Shown here: positions 19,578-30,320 of the stretch, piece after piece
Position numbering within the stretch: position 1 is the first letter of the stretch
Layout of the letters: every line of letters begins with the position of its first letter
Source: Alphaproteobacteria bacterium
Lineage (GTDB): Bacteria; Pseudomonadota; Alphaproteobacteria; MPNO01
Assembly (NCBI GenBank): GCA_964291675.2
Contig: OZ219866.1
Location: 416,001-480,000, forward strand
Reading direction: 5' to 3'
DNA: 64,000 nt
The notes under the pieces: model-generated
What the model saw: only the letters and a program-made list of their open reading frames with translations
Told to the model about the DNA's origin: nothing
Database searches by the model: none
Program-made: the position numbers and the translations under genes

Positions 19578-20762
19578 AACCTGCCCCAGCGGGTCGAGCC
19601 CGAGCAGCGCCTTGCCGGCGTTCTCGAAATTGGACGGCGCCGCCTGCACCTGCTGCGCGACCGTGTTCATGTCGCGGAACCGCCGCTCGAACGGGTTCGC
19701 GGCATGGATCGCCGTGGCGCCGGCCCGGTGATAGGCCATCGCCACCACCTCGCGGGCGCGGGTCGATGCGTAGGCGCAGGCGATGCGGAGCCGCGCCCGG
19801 CGGTCGAGGTCGAGCGCATCACCGCGCCCGAGCGTGTGCCAGGCCTCGTCCGCCATCTCCAGCATGAAGGCCCGCGAGGCGCCGAGATGGCCCTCGGCCA
19901 GCGCCACGTCGGACTGCACCGCGGTGCTCTCGCGCATCGCGCCCGCGGAATAGCTCGCGGTCTTGGCGGCGGCGAGCGCGACGAACGCATCGAGCGCCGC
20001 CCGCGCGATGCCGAGCGCGACGCCGGCGAAGGCGATTCCGTAGAACGCGGTGAGCGCGAGCCGGTAGAGCGGGCCGTCCTCGCGCCGGTCGGGGGCGTGG
20101 TCGCGCAGGAAGCTGCGGCCCCGGGGCACGAGCAGACCGTCCACCGCGTAGTCGTCGCTGCCGGTTCCCCTCAGCCCCATCGTGTCCCACACCGGCTCGA
20201 TGGCGGCGGCGGCGGCGGGGAACAGGAAGGTGCGGATGCGCGGGCGGCCCCCGGCGGTGAGAAGCGGCGCCCCGTCCGGCCCGGTCTCGAAGTAATGGGC
20301 GCCCAGCCAGCTCGCGTTGCGGATGCCGCTGGCATAGGACCAGCGCCCGCTCAGCCGCCAGCCGCCGTCCGCCGGCACCGCGCGCGCGGTCTGGTTGACC
20401 GGCCCCCAGGCGCACACCGCATCGGGCGCGCCGAAGATCTCGCGCGCGACGTCCGGTGCAAGAAATGCAGCGGAAAGCGAGCAACCGAGCGCCTGACCGA
20501 GACACCAGGCGGTGCTCGCATCCGCCGCGGCGACGGTCTCGACCACGGCGACCAGCTCGGCCGGCGACGCCTCGCCGCCGCCCATCGAGCGCGGCAGGCA
20601 GAGCCGGTAGAGCTCCGCCTCGTGCATCGCCGCCATGGCGGCGTCCGTCACCCTGCCGCCGCGCTCGGTGCGCCCGGACTCGGCGGCGATCAGCGGCGCC
20701 ACGCCGCGGGCGCGCGCCACCCAGTCGACCGCGCGCGGCTTCAGCGGTTCGGGGGTCGCCAA
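19575..20762 (-). CDS. Acyl-CoA dehydrogenase-fold flavin-dependent monooxygenase
   Basis: GRWSYASG, WDTMGLRGTGSDD, FERRFRD motifs of HsaA/C2-type hydroxylases; TTG start inferred. Confidence 0.85.
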   Translation of the reverse strand: MATPEPLKPRAVDWVARARGVAPLIAAESGRTERGGRVTDAAMAAMHEAELYRLCLPRSMGGGEASPAELVAVVETVAAADASTAWCLGQALGCSLSAAFLAPDVAREIFGAPDAVCAWGPVNQTARAVPADGGWRLSGRWSYASGIRNASWLGAHYFETGPDGAPLLTAGGRPRIRTFLFPAAAAAIEPVWDTMGLRGTGSDDYAVDGLLVPRGRSFLRDHAPDRREDGPLYRLALTAFYGIAFAGVALGIARAALDAFVALAAAKTASYSAGAMRESTAVQSDVALAEGHLGASRAFMLEMADEAWHTLGRGDALDLDRRARLRIACAYASTRAREVVAMAYHRAGATAIHAANPFERRFRDMNTVAQQVQAAPSNFENAGKALLGLDPLGQV

Positions 20763-20782
20763 CGCGCCAGCCTCGCCCGGTC

Positions 20783-21199
20783 TCAGCCGTCCTCGCAGTC
20801 GAGCCTGAGCGACAGCGAGTTGATGCAGTAGCGCTGCCCGGTCGGCATCGGCCCGTCGGGAAAGACATGGCCGAGATGGGCGTCGCAGCGCGCGCAATGC
20901 ACCTCGGTGCGGACCATGAACAGGCTGCGGTCGGTGGTGGTGCCGACCGCTTCGGCATCGTGCGGCTGGTAGAAGCTGGGCCAGCCGGTGCCGGAGTTGA
21001 ACTTGGTCCTGGAATCGAACAGCTCTCGCCCGCAGCAGACGCAGACATAGGTGCCCGCGTCCTTGCAGCCGTCGTACTCGCCCGAGAACGGCCGTTCGGT
21101 CGCGTGCTGGCGGGTGACGGCGTATTGCTCCGGCGTGAGCTGGGCGCGCCACTCCTCGTCGGTCTTCTCGACCTTGCCGGGCTTGGTGTCGGTTGTCAT
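20783..21199 (-). CDS. msrB: Peptide methionine-(R)-sulfoxide reductase
   Basis: TERPF, CxxC pairs, [24 protein letters not shown]. Confidence 0.96.
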   Translation of the reverse strand: MTTDTKPGKVEKTDEEWRAQLTPEQYAVTRQHATERPFSGEYDGCKDAGTYVCVCCGRELFDSRTKFNSGTGWPSFYQPHDAEAVGTTTDRSLFMVRTEVHCARCDAHLGHVFPDGPMPTGQRYCINSLSLRLDCEDG

Positions 21200-21203
21200 C
21201 GGC

Positions 21204-21929
21204 TCAGCCTCCTCCGTACAGGCGTTCCAGCACGTCTCCGAACGCGCGCAGCGCATCCGCCCCGGCGCCTGCATAGCTGGAGCCGTGCATGCAGGCGAGC
21301 GTCTCCGGCCCGAGCCCGGCGAGGCGCTCCAGGACCGGCCGGGTCTCGCGCGTCCAGGGCACCGAATGCGACATCGGCCCCTCGGCCTGGGTCGCGTTGT
21401 AGGCGTCGGTGCGGGCGATTATGTCGCCCTCGAAGAGCGGCTCGACATCGCCGTTATGGCCGAACAGGTCGGAGCAGAACAGCGTCCTGGTGGTCTCGTC
21501 GAACAGCAGGCTCGCATCCCAGCCATGCGGCACGTGCTTGGTCTCGACGACGCGGAAGCGGTGGCTGCCGGTCTCGATCCGCTCGTACTCGCCGAGCACG
21601 CGCGGCGGGCGGATCGCGAAATCGCCGACCGAGGTGCGCGCGCCGACGAAGCTGCACACCGGCTCGGCCCCGGGCGCCAGCGCGAGCCAGTCGTTGAGGG
21701 TCGCGCACTCGTCGGCCTCGAAATGGCTGAACCCGATCCAGCGAATGGTCGCCGGGTCGAGCACGGTGGCGGCGGCCTCGCGGATCTCGTCGAAGAAGCC
21801 GCGCAGATTGGTGTGGTAGAGCAGCGGCTCGGCGTCGCGCACCAGGAAGCTGTTGAACTGGAAGTTCGCCGGCGCATGGAACGCCGACAGCCGGAACACA
21901 TCGGGCGCGATCTCGGTGACCTGGGCCAT
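21204..21929 (-). CDS. MBL-fold protein of FprA-like di-iron type, no flavodoxin domain
   Basis: SHFEADE, HVPH, FCSDLF, ACMHG motifs. Confidence 0.8.
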   Translation of the reverse strand: MAQVTEIAPDVFRLSAFHAPANFQFNSFLVRDAEPLLYHTNLRGFFDEIREAAATVLDPATIRWIGFSHFEADECATLNDWLALAPGAEPVCSFVGARTSVGDFAIRPPRVLGEYERIETGSHRFRVVETKHVPHGWDASLLFDETTRTLFCSDLFGHNGDVEPLFEGDIIARTDAYNATQAEGPMSHSVPWTRETRPVLERLAGLGPETLACMHGSSYAGAGADALRAFGDVLERLYGGG

Positions 21930-22153
21930 GGCGCGTCAACTCCGTCCGGCGGGCGGGCTCATCCCGGGCTTCACGCTCGGAACCGCGCCGAGTCTAGAGG
22001 AATTCGGCCGGGGCGGGAATGGCGGGGCTTCTCTCCGCTCGTCCTCTCGACCGGACACCGGATTCGATCCGGGGCGAAGACAGGCGAACGGATGGTTGAT
22101 TGCAATGCAAGCACAGCTTAGGCTTGCGGTCTTTCAAGCAGGAGGGCGAACCC

Positions 22154-22396
22154 GTGGCCAGCATCACCATCCGCAAGCTTGACGACGAGGTGAAGACCCG
22201 GCTGCGCGTGCGCGCGGCGGCCAACGGCCGGTCCATGGAGGAGGAAGCGCGGGTGATCCTGCGCGAGGCGGTGGACGACAAACCCGCCTCGAAGGACCTC
22301 GCGAGCATTATCCGCGAATATTTCGGACCGTCGAAGGGCGTCGACCTGGAATTGCCGCCGCGCGATCCGATCCGGGAGCCTCCCCGGTTCGAGTGA
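22154..22396 (+). CDS. FitA-like ribbon-helix-helix antitoxin
   Basis: ASITIRKLDD...LRVRAAANGRSMEEEAR; GGAGGG RBS; precedes PIN toxin. Confidence 0.9.
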   Translation: MASITIRKLDDEVKTRLRVRAAANGRSMEEEARVILREAVDDKPASKDLASIIREYFGPSKGVDLELPPRDPIREPPRFE

Positions 22397-22406
22397 GGCG
22401 GAACCC

Positions 22407-22829
22407 GTGGTCGTCCTCGACACCAATGTCGTGTCCGAGTTGATGCGCAAGTCGCCTTTTGCCGCCGTGGACGCGTGGGCCGCGCGTCACGCGGCAGATG
22501 ATCTTTACTTTACGGCGGTGGGCGAGGCGGAGCTTCGCTACGGAGCCGCCATAATGCCGGCGGGCCGCCGCCGCGATACGCTCGTCTCGGACATAGACTC
22601 CATGCTGCTCGCGGCGTTCGACCGCCGGATTCTGCCCTTCGACAGCGACGCGGCGGCCGCCTATGCGGAGATGGCTGCCGTCCGCCGCCGATCGGGCCGA
22701 CCGGTCTCCCAGCCGGATTGCCAGATCGCGGCCATTGCGCGGTCGCGCGGCATGGCGGTGGCGACGCGGAACGTGCGCGACTTCGCCGAGATGGGTATCG
22801 ACGTGATCGACCCGTGGGAAATCGCCTGA
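22407..22829 (+). CDS. vapC: VapC/FitB PIN-domain toxin
   Basis: VLDTNVVSELM, DCQIAAIA, ATRNVRDF, IDPW. Confidence 0.93.
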   Translation: MVVLDTNVVSELMRKSPFAAVDAWAARHAADDLYFTAVGEAELRYGAAIMPAGRRRDTLVSDIDSMLLAAFDRRILPFDSDAAAAYAEMAAVRRRSGRPVSQPDCQIAAIARSRGMAVATRNVRDFAEMGIDVIDPWEIA

Positions 22830-22976
22830 CTGGCGCCGCTCGCGCGGGAATCGGCGTGGCCGCTTGACCGGGCGGGAGGTGGCGCACGCCGGCTCGAACG
22901 AACCGGAAAACCGGTCCATAGTTGGCGCTTCGACCGCGGCGCGGCCGCGGGGACCGGGAAGGGGGATCGGCGTCGG

Positions 22977-23762
22977 ATGGACTACGAGAACGTGCTGACC
23001 GAAATGGATGGCGAGCTGCTGATCGTCACGCTGCACTGGCCGGAGCGCCATAACGCGCTCGATCGCCAAATGCGGGTCGACCTGCTGGACTGCGTCCGCC
23101 GCGCCGAGACCGACGAAGCGGTCAGGGCCATCGTGATCACCGGACATGGCAACAAATCGTTCAGCGCGGGCGCCAACATTCCCGAGCTCAAGCAGCGGAC
23201 GCTGGTATCGGAGATGGGTCCTGCGGCGACGCTGCGGAAGGACCTGCCGACGGCCATCGAACGCCTGGCCAAGCCGAGCGTCGCCGCGATCAACGGCTAT
23301 TGCTTCGGCGCCGGGCTGGAGCTCGCCATGGGGTGCACGATCCGCATCGCCTCCGAGAACGCCCTGCTCGGCCAGCCGGAGATCGCGCTGGGACAGATCC
23401 CGGGCAGCGGCGGGACGCAGCGCCTGTATCGCTTCGTCGGTCTCGGCTGGGCCATGCAGATGGTGCTGACCGGGCAGCGCATCGACGCCCGGATGGCGGC
23501 GTCCATCGGCCTGGTCACCGAGGTCTTGCCGCAGGCGGACCTGCTGGACCGGGCGAAGGAGCTGGCGCGCGACATGGGCTCCCGCGCCCCGATGGCGTTC
23601 GTCGCCGGGCGCGACGCCGTGCTGCGCTCGACGGAGACCGATCTGCTCACCGGCATCGACTACGAGCGCAAGCTCTATGCCATCTGCATGGGCACCGAGG
23701 ACGTCCGAGAAGGCATGCAGGCCTACGCCGAGAAGCGCGCGCCGGAATACCGGGGACGGTGA
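22977..23762 (+). CDS. Enoyl-CoA hydratase/isomerase family protein
   Basis: SFSAGANI, GAGLELAMGC, PEIALG.IPGSGGTQRL. Confidence 0.92.
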   Translation: MDYENVLTEMDGELLIVTLHWPERHNALDRQMRVDLLDCVRRAETDEAVRAIVITGHGNKSFSAGANIPELKQRTLVSEMGPAATLRKDLPTAIERLAKPSVAAINGYCFGAGLELAMGCTIRIASENALLGQPEIALGQIPGSGGTQRLYRFVGLGWAMQMVLTGQRIDARMAASIGLVTEVLPQADLLDRAKELARDMGSRAPMAFVAGRDAVLRSTETDLLTGIDYERKLYAICMGTEDVREGMQAYAEKRAPEYRGR

Positions 23763-23852
23763 GGCGGCCCCGGCCTTCCCGGTCGCTCTTCCGGTGGCGG
23801 GCGGCGTGGATGGCGGGAACCAGTCCATTGCTGTCGCGGATTGGGTAGCATC

Positions 23853-23890
23853 GGACAAAGCGAACATACTTTACATACTGGACAAAACGG
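23853..23890 (+). promoter_or_regulatory. AT-rich direct repeats upstream of the Xre/RES module, possible operator
   Basis: GGACAAA twice and ACATACT twice within ~35 bp. Confidence 0.4.
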
Positions 23891-23931
23891 CGATTATCGT
23901 CCCTGTTCGTGGAGAGCCAAGGGGCGACGGC

Positions 23932-24495
23932 ATGGTCAGGTCGAGCGGACCGCCGCGGGAAGAGATGGGCATCCTCGTAGAGAATCTTCCGCCCTTGTCG
24001 AGCGGTGCCAGGAACTTCATGCGACACCATCCCCGGGAAGCGTGCCTGGCGGTGGCCGTTGCCCTGGAGACGGCGGCTGCGCAAAGCGCGGCCGCAGACG
24101 GGAAAGCGGGCCTTGAAGTGCCGGAGAAGTTGCGGGGTTTCATCCGCCCCCAGCACCGAGGGGAAGAAATTCTCGGTGCCTCGGCGGCGGCGGCGCGGCT
24201 CGAAGTGTCGAGGACCACTGTCTATGACTGGGTGGAACGAAAGACGCTGATTGCCTGGAGGTCCACCAAGCGCGGGCTGAGCATTCCGGCAGCGCAGATT
24301 CTCGGCCCCGGCCATGTCGTCACGGGTCTCGCGGGTATTGTCGACATCGTTGGAGATGCGGAGCTTGCGTGGGCGTTCCTTACCCGGGAATGGCCGTTCG
24401 AGGACTCGGTGGCAGCACCCCTGGAACTGCTGAAATCCGGCCGGGTCAAGGAAGTTCTGGACGCGGCGCCCGGCTTTGGCTCCACGTTCACGTGA
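23932..24495 (+). CDS. Xre/MbcA/ParS-type antitoxin with HTH
   Basis: HTH-like AAARLEVSRTTVYDW; C-terminal AWAFL...PLELLKSG; GTGA-coupled to a RES gene. Confidence 0.75.
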   Translation: MVRSSGPPREEMGILVENLPPLSSGARNFMRHHPREACLAVAVALETAAAQSAAADGKAGLEVPEKLRGFIRPQHRGEEILGASAAAARLEVSRTTVYDWVERKTLIAWRSTKRGLSIPAAQILGPGHVVTGLAGIVDIVGDAELAWAFLTREWPFEDSVAAPLELLKSGRVKEVLDAAPGFGSTFT

Positions 24496-25085
24496 GCGCG
24501 GCCGGCTACCCTCGGGACCGGATCGAGGCCGTACTCCGGAAGGCAAGCCTTCCAGACTGCTACCGGATCGTGCCGGCCAGCTTCCTGGCATCGCCGCTCG
24601 GAACCGTTCCCGCCGATTCGCGCTTTTGCTCGCGGGACGCCGGCTACGCGGTGCTCTACGCGACGCCCGATTTCGCCACCGCCTTTGTCGAAACGGTGGT
24701 GCGGGACAGGTTCACGCGAAGCCGGCTACGCGACGTGGCGTTGAAGGAGATCACGGGGCGGGGTTGGGCGCAGATTTCGAGCCGTCGTGCCGTCGTTCTG
24801 ACCCTGCTCGACCTTCGGGGAGACGGGTGCACCCGGATCGGCGCGCCAACCGATGCGATTCACGCGCGAAATCACGCGGCGGGACGCGCCTTTGCGACGT
24901 CGATCCACGGAGGACATACCGATGTCGACGGGCTGCTCTAAGTGTCTCGCCTGACCGGCGCGGATGTCTACGCGATATTCGACCGTGCCGTTGGCAAGCT
25001 GGATTGCCCGGCGGCGGGAATGTTGACAGATCACCCGGACCTGCCGGACGTCCTGGCGCGACACGATATCCGTCTGTTGGGCTAA
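24492..25085 (+). pseudogene. RES-domain toxin with internal TAA at 24939-24941
   Basis: SRF, VLYA, AFVETVVRD, DGLL*VSRLTG; frame continues to TAA 25085. Confidence 0.85.
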
Positions 25086-25185
25086 GGCGGGGGCCGGCCG
25101 TGACGGTCGGGAGAATGGTGAGAACGCTTCCAACCAAAACGGGCGCGCACTAGGTTTGCCGGTGGTCAAGCAGGAGGGCGGACCC

Positions 25186-25428
25186 GTGGCCAGCATCACC
25201 ATCCGCAAGCTCGGAGACAAAACAAGGCGCCGGCTGCGCGTGCGTGCGGCGGCGAACGGCCGGTCCATGGAGGAGGAAGCGCGCGCGATCGGGCGCGATG
25301 CGGTCGCCGGCGAACACGAGGCGAAGGATATGGCCACTATCATCCGCGAGTTCTTCGGGCCTCATGGCGGGGTGGAGCTCGAATTGCCGCCGCGCGAACC
25401 CGCACGCGAGCCGCCCGAATTCGATTGA
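25186..25428 (+). CDS. Second FitA-like RHH antitoxin (orphan)
   Basis: 80-aa paralogue of 22154-22396 with the same TCAAGCAGGAGGGCG leader. Confidence 0.87.
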   Translation: MASITIRKLGDKTRRRLRVRAAANGRSMEEEARAIGRDAVAGEHEAKDMATIIREFFGPHGGVELELPPREPAREPPEFD

Positions 25429-25440
25429 GACGGCGGCGCA

Positions 25441-25464
25441 ATCGACCCGTGGGAAGCGGCCTGA
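25441..25464 (+). pseudogene. vapC 3'-end remnant
   Basis: ATCGACCCGTGGGAA..GCCTGA (IDPWEAA*) matches the vapC end IDPWEIA* at 22806-22829. Confidence 0.75.
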
Positions 25465-26345
25465 GCGGGCCCGACCGCGGCCGCATTACCGGCCGCCTCT
25501 GGGTGCTTTCGGCCGGGCTTTGCATGAGCCTCGGCGGGCCGATCATCCGGCTCGCCGAAGACAGCACGGAGTGGCAGTTCCTGTTCTACCGCTCGCTCGG
25601 CGCGGGGCTCGCGCTGCTGCTCTGGTTCGTCGTCGCCCGCCGCCCGGTGCTGGCCGCGATCCGCGGCACCGGCGCGGCCGGGCTGGTGGGCGGGCTCTGC
25701 CTGGCCGTGGGGTTCGCCGGCTATGTGTGGGGCGTGATGAACTCCACGGTGGCGAACGCGCTGTTCCTGCTGAGCGCCTCGCCGCTGTTCGCCGCGCTGC
25801 TCGGCTGGGCGGTGATGCGCGAGCCCGTGTCGCGCTCGATGCGGTTCGCCATGGCGGGCGTGATGGCGGGCGTCGCGATCATGATCGGCGAGGGGCTGGC
25901 CGAGGCCGATCTGTTCGGCGACCTGGCGGCGCTCGCCGCGGCGCTGGGCTTCGCCGGCTTCTCGGTCTGCATCCGGCGCGGCCGGCACACCGACATGAGC
26001 CCGACGATCCTGATCGCCGCCGCCGTCACCGCCGCGGTCAGCGGGACGATGGCGCTCCTGGGCGGCGCCGGGCTCGACGTGCCGGCGGCCGATATCGGGC
26101 TCGCCGCCGCCTATGGCGTGCTGGTTATCGGCGCCGGCATCCTCATGCTGACCATCGGCGCCCGGCACGTGCCGGCGGCCGAGCTCGTCGTGCTCTCGCT
26201 CACCGAGGTGGTGTTCGGGCCGATCTGGGTCGCGCTCGCCTTCGCCGAGGTGCCGAGCGCGCTTACCCTGCTCGGCGGGGCCGTCCTGCTCGGCAGCATC
26301 TCGGCCCAGGCCGTAATCGGGATGCGGCGCCAGCCGATGGATTGA
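25449..26345 (+). CDS. DMT/EamA-family transporter; start uncertain
   Basis: About ten TM helices, two EamA-like halves (SASPLFAALLGW, EVVFGPIWV). Confidence 0.88.
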   Translation: MGSGLSGPDRGRITGRLWVLSAGLCMSLGGPIIRLAEDSTEWQFLFYRSLGAGLALLLWFVVARRPVLAAIRGTGAAGLVGGLCLAVGFAGYVWGVMNSTVANALFLLSASPLFAALLGWAVMREPVSRSMRFAMAGVMAGVAIMIGEGLAEADLFGDLAALAAALGFAGFSVCIRRGRHTDMSPTILIAAAVTAAVSGTMALLGGAGLDVPAADIGLAAAYGVLVIGAGILMLTIGARHVPAAELVVLSLTEVVFGPIWVALAFAEVPSALTLLGGAVLLGSISAQAVIGMRRQPMD

Positions 26346-26403
26346 TCCCGCCCGGCGCGCGGGACCAGAATGGCGGAACCCGCCGGACACGGAGGCCGGA
26401 GCC

Positions 26404-27945
26404 ATGCCGGACAGCGTCGCGAGCGTCGATTTCGACCGGTTCCGCCTCGCCCGGCTGGTCGACCGCCTGGCCGAGGCCGGCGAGGTTGAGACGGTGGCCG
26501 AGACGGTGCCGCTCGCCCGGGTGGCGGCGAAGCTCGACGGCAACCCGAAGGCGGTGCTGTTCGAGCGCGCCGGTCCCGAGGGCGCGCGGCTGGTCGGCAA
26601 CGCGATGGCGAGCCGGCGCCGGCTCGCGCTCGCGCTCGGCACCGGGGAGCGCGACCTGCTGCCGGCGCTGCTCGACCGGCTCGACAACCCGATCCCGCCG
26701 GTCGAGGTCGCTCGGGACGCGGCGCCGGTGCAGGAAGTCGTGCTCGAAGGCGAGGATGCCGACCTCACCGCGCTCCCGGTCCATCTCCAGCACGCGCTCG
26801 ACGGGGCGCCCTATATCTCGGCCGGGCTCGACTTCTCGCGCGATCCCGACACCGGGCTCGTCAATATCGGCATGCGCCGGCTGATGCTGCGCGGAAGGCG
26901 CGAGGCCGGGATCGACCTCAACGCGCCGAGCGACCTGCGGGCGATCTACGGCCGGGCGCACGGGCGGGGCGAGAACCTGCCGGTCGCGATTGTCGTCGGT
27001 GCGCATCCGGCGGATGCCATCGCGAGCCTCAGCCTGATGCCGCCGGGGGACGAGCTCGCGCTGATCGGCGGGGTCCGCGGCGCGGCCCTCCCCGTGGTCA
27101 AATGCGCGACCAGCGATCTCATGGTCCCGGCCGATGCCGAGATGGTGCTCGAAGGCCATCTCGACCCCGCCGGCTGGTCGGAGCCCGAGGGGCCCTACGG
27201 CGAATATGTCGGCTATTACGGCGTGCTCAAGTCGAACCCGGTGTTCCATCTCGACGCGATCGCGCGCCGCGGCGATGCGCTGTTCCAGACGGTGACCATC
27301 GGCGGGCGCTACATGGACCGCACCGACACCGCGCAGATCTGCGCCCTGAAGACCGAGATCTCGCTGTGGAAGGCGCTGGAGACCGCGCTGCGCGAGCCGG
27401 TCGCGGTCTGCGTCACCGCCTCCTGCGGGGGGATGTACAACGCCCGCGTGTCGCTGCGCCAGCGGGTGCCGGGCGAGGCGCGCAACGCCATCGCGGCGGT
27501 GTTCGGCTCCAGCGCCGACGTGAAGCACGTCTTCGTCGCCGACGCCGATATCGACGTGTTCTCCGATTCCGAGCTCGACTGGGCGCTGGCGACCCGCTTC
27601 CAGGCCGACCGGGACATCGTGATCGCGTCGGGCTTCCGGGCGGTGCCGCTCGACCCCTCGCTGCAGGGCGCGCGGGCCGGCGCCAAGGCGGGGTTCGACC
27701 TGACGGTCCCGTTCGGCCGGCTGGGCGCGCAGGAGTTCACCGTGCCCGAGCCGCCCGAGCCGGCGGACGGAGCGGCGCGGGGGATTCCGGCGGCCGAGGC
27801 GCTGGAGGCGGGCCCGAAGCACTTCCGCGAGCTGATGCAGGCGGCGGGCTCGCAAGACGGGCGCGAGATCGTCCGCGAGCTCGAAGCGCTCTACGCCGAG
27901 GGCCGCCTCGGCCGCGACCCGGACGGGCGCTACGTGCTGGGGTAG
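26404..27945 (+). CDS. UbiD-family (de)carboxylase with C-terminal extension
   Basis: [37 protein letters not shown]. Confidence 0.92.
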   Translation: MPDSVASVDFDRFRLARLVDRLAEAGEVETVAETVPLARVAAKLDGNPKAVLFERAGPEGARLVGNAMASRRRLALALGTGERDLLPALLDRLDNPIPPVEVARDAAPVQEVVLEGEDADLTALPVHLQHALDGAPYISAGLDFSRDPDTGLVNIGMRRLMLRGRREAGIDLNAPSDLRAIYGRAHGRGENLPVAIVVGAHPADAIASLSLMPPGDELALIGGVRGAALPVVKCATSDLMVPADAEMVLEGHLDPAGWSEPEGPYGEYVGYYGVLKSNPVFHLDAIARRGDALFQTVTIGGRYMDRTDTAQICALKTEISLWKALETALREPVAVCVTASCGGMYNARVSLRQRVPGEARNAIAAVFGSSADVKHVFVADADIDVFSDSELDWALATRFQADRDIVIASGFRAVPLDPSLQGARAGAKAGFDLTVPFGRLGAQEFTVPEPPEPADGAARGIPAAEALEAGPKHFRELMQAAGSQDGREIVRELEALYAEGRLGRDPDGRYVLG

Positions 27946-27956
27946 GGCGCGGTCCG

Positions 27957-28065
27957 GTCCTTCGATACGCGGCTTCGCCGCTACTCAGGATGAGGGTGGG
28001 AGGTGGGCGAGCCAAGACCTCCTCCTCATCCTGAGTAGCGCCCGAAGGGCGCGTATCGAAGGACG
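27957..28065. repeat. REP family A inverted dimer (REPIN-like)
   Basis: Arms near-identical to 19423-19533 with a different spacer. Confidence 0.92.
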
Positions 28066-28068
28066 GCA

Positions 28069-28096
28069 CGGTTCCATCGGTAACGGACACGCTCTA
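28069..28096. repeat. 28-bp motif, copy 2
   Basis: CGGTTCCATCGGTAACGGACACGCTCTA. Confidence 0.75.
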
Positions 28097-28138
28097 GGAT
28101 CGCCCGGGACCGGATGCGAAACAGGGGGAGCGCAGGGA

Positions 28139-29248
<1,110 letters not shown>

Positions 29249-29264
29249 CCGCCGTTCGCGGGGC

Positions 29265-30317
29265 ATGGCGGGCGGGGTGAGGCGGGTCCGCGCGGCCGCG
29301 CTTGAATCCTTCACAGCCCAGATCTTCGCCGCCGCCGGCACCCCGGCGGCGGATGCGGCGACCGTCGCCGAGGTGCTGGTCTGGGCCAATCTGCGCGGCA
29401 TCGACAGCCACGGCGTGCTGCGCGTGCCGGGCTATGTCGGGCGCATCGCGAGCGGCGAGTTCAACCCGAAACCCGATATCTCGGTCGTGGCCGAGCTCCC
29501 GGCGGCGACGCTGATCGACGCCGACCGCGCGTTCGGCCCGGTCGGCATGTCGCGCGGCATGGACATCGCCATCGCCAAGGCGCGCGAGGCCGGGGTGGGG
29601 GTGTGCATCGTCCGCCGGGTGACCCACATGGCGGCGATCGGCTGGTTCGCGCTGAGGGCGGTCGAAGCCGGGATGATCGGCCTCGCCTTCGGCTCCTCGC
29701 GGCCCAACATGGCCTATCACGGGGCGCGGGCGCGCGGCGTCGCCACCAGCCCGATCGCCATCGCGGTGCCGGGGGAGGGCGCGCCGGTGCTGCTCGACAT
29801 GTCGACGTCGGAGAGCTCGATGGGAAGGATCATGCTGGCGCGCGACGCGGGCACGCCGCTGGAGCCCGGCTGGGCGCTGACCGAGGACGGGACGCCCACC
29901 ACGGACGCCGACGAGGCGCGCATGCTCACCCCGCTCGGCGGGGCCAAGGGGGCGGGGCTCGCGCTGATGTTCGAGTGCCTCGCCGGCATCCTCGTCGGCC
30001 ACCCGCTGATCGCCACCGCCATCGGGCCGGACGCCGAGACGCGGCACAGCCAGAACGGGTTCGCGCTCGCCATCGACATCGCCGCCTTCGCCGAGCCGGA
30101 ACGCTATCGCAGGGACATCGCCGCGCTGGCGGGCGCGCTCAAGTCGCTCCCCGTCGCCGAGGGGCATGACGAGATCCGCCTGCCGGGCGAGCGCGGCGAA
30201 CGCACCATGGCGGAGCGGCTGGAGAGCGGCGTGCCGCTGCCGGCCGGCACCTGGCGCCGCCTCGCCGAGATCGCCGACGGGTTCGGCATCGCCATGCCGC
30301 CCGTCGTCGAGCGCTGA
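29265..30317 (+). CDS. Ldh_2-family (malate/L-lactate/ureidoglycolate-type) oxidoreductase
   Basis: GIDSHGV, LDMSTS, GGAKGAGL, RLPGE. Confidence 0.9.
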   Translation: MAGGVRRVRAAALESFTAQIFAAAGTPAADAATVAEVLVWANLRGIDSHGVLRVPGYVGRIASGEFNPKPDISVVAELPAATLIDADRAFGPVGMSRGMDIAIAKAREAGVGVCIVRRVTHMAAIGWFALRAVEAGMIGLAFGSSRPNMAYHGARARGVATSPIAIAVPGEGAPVLLDMSTSESSMGRIMLARDAGTPLEPGWALTEDGTPTTDADEARMLTPLGGAKGAGLALMFECLAGILVGHPLIATAIGPDAETRHSQNGFALAIDIAAFAEPERYRRDIAALAGALKSLPVAEGHDEIRLPGERGERTMAERLESGVPLPAGTWRRLAEIADGFGIAMPPVVER

Positions 30318-30320
30318 GCC

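Noticed and set aside
13225-28065. CRISPR array from the recurring palindromes
   Set aside because: Copies are dispersed inverted dimers, not regularly spaced direct repeats; no cas genes
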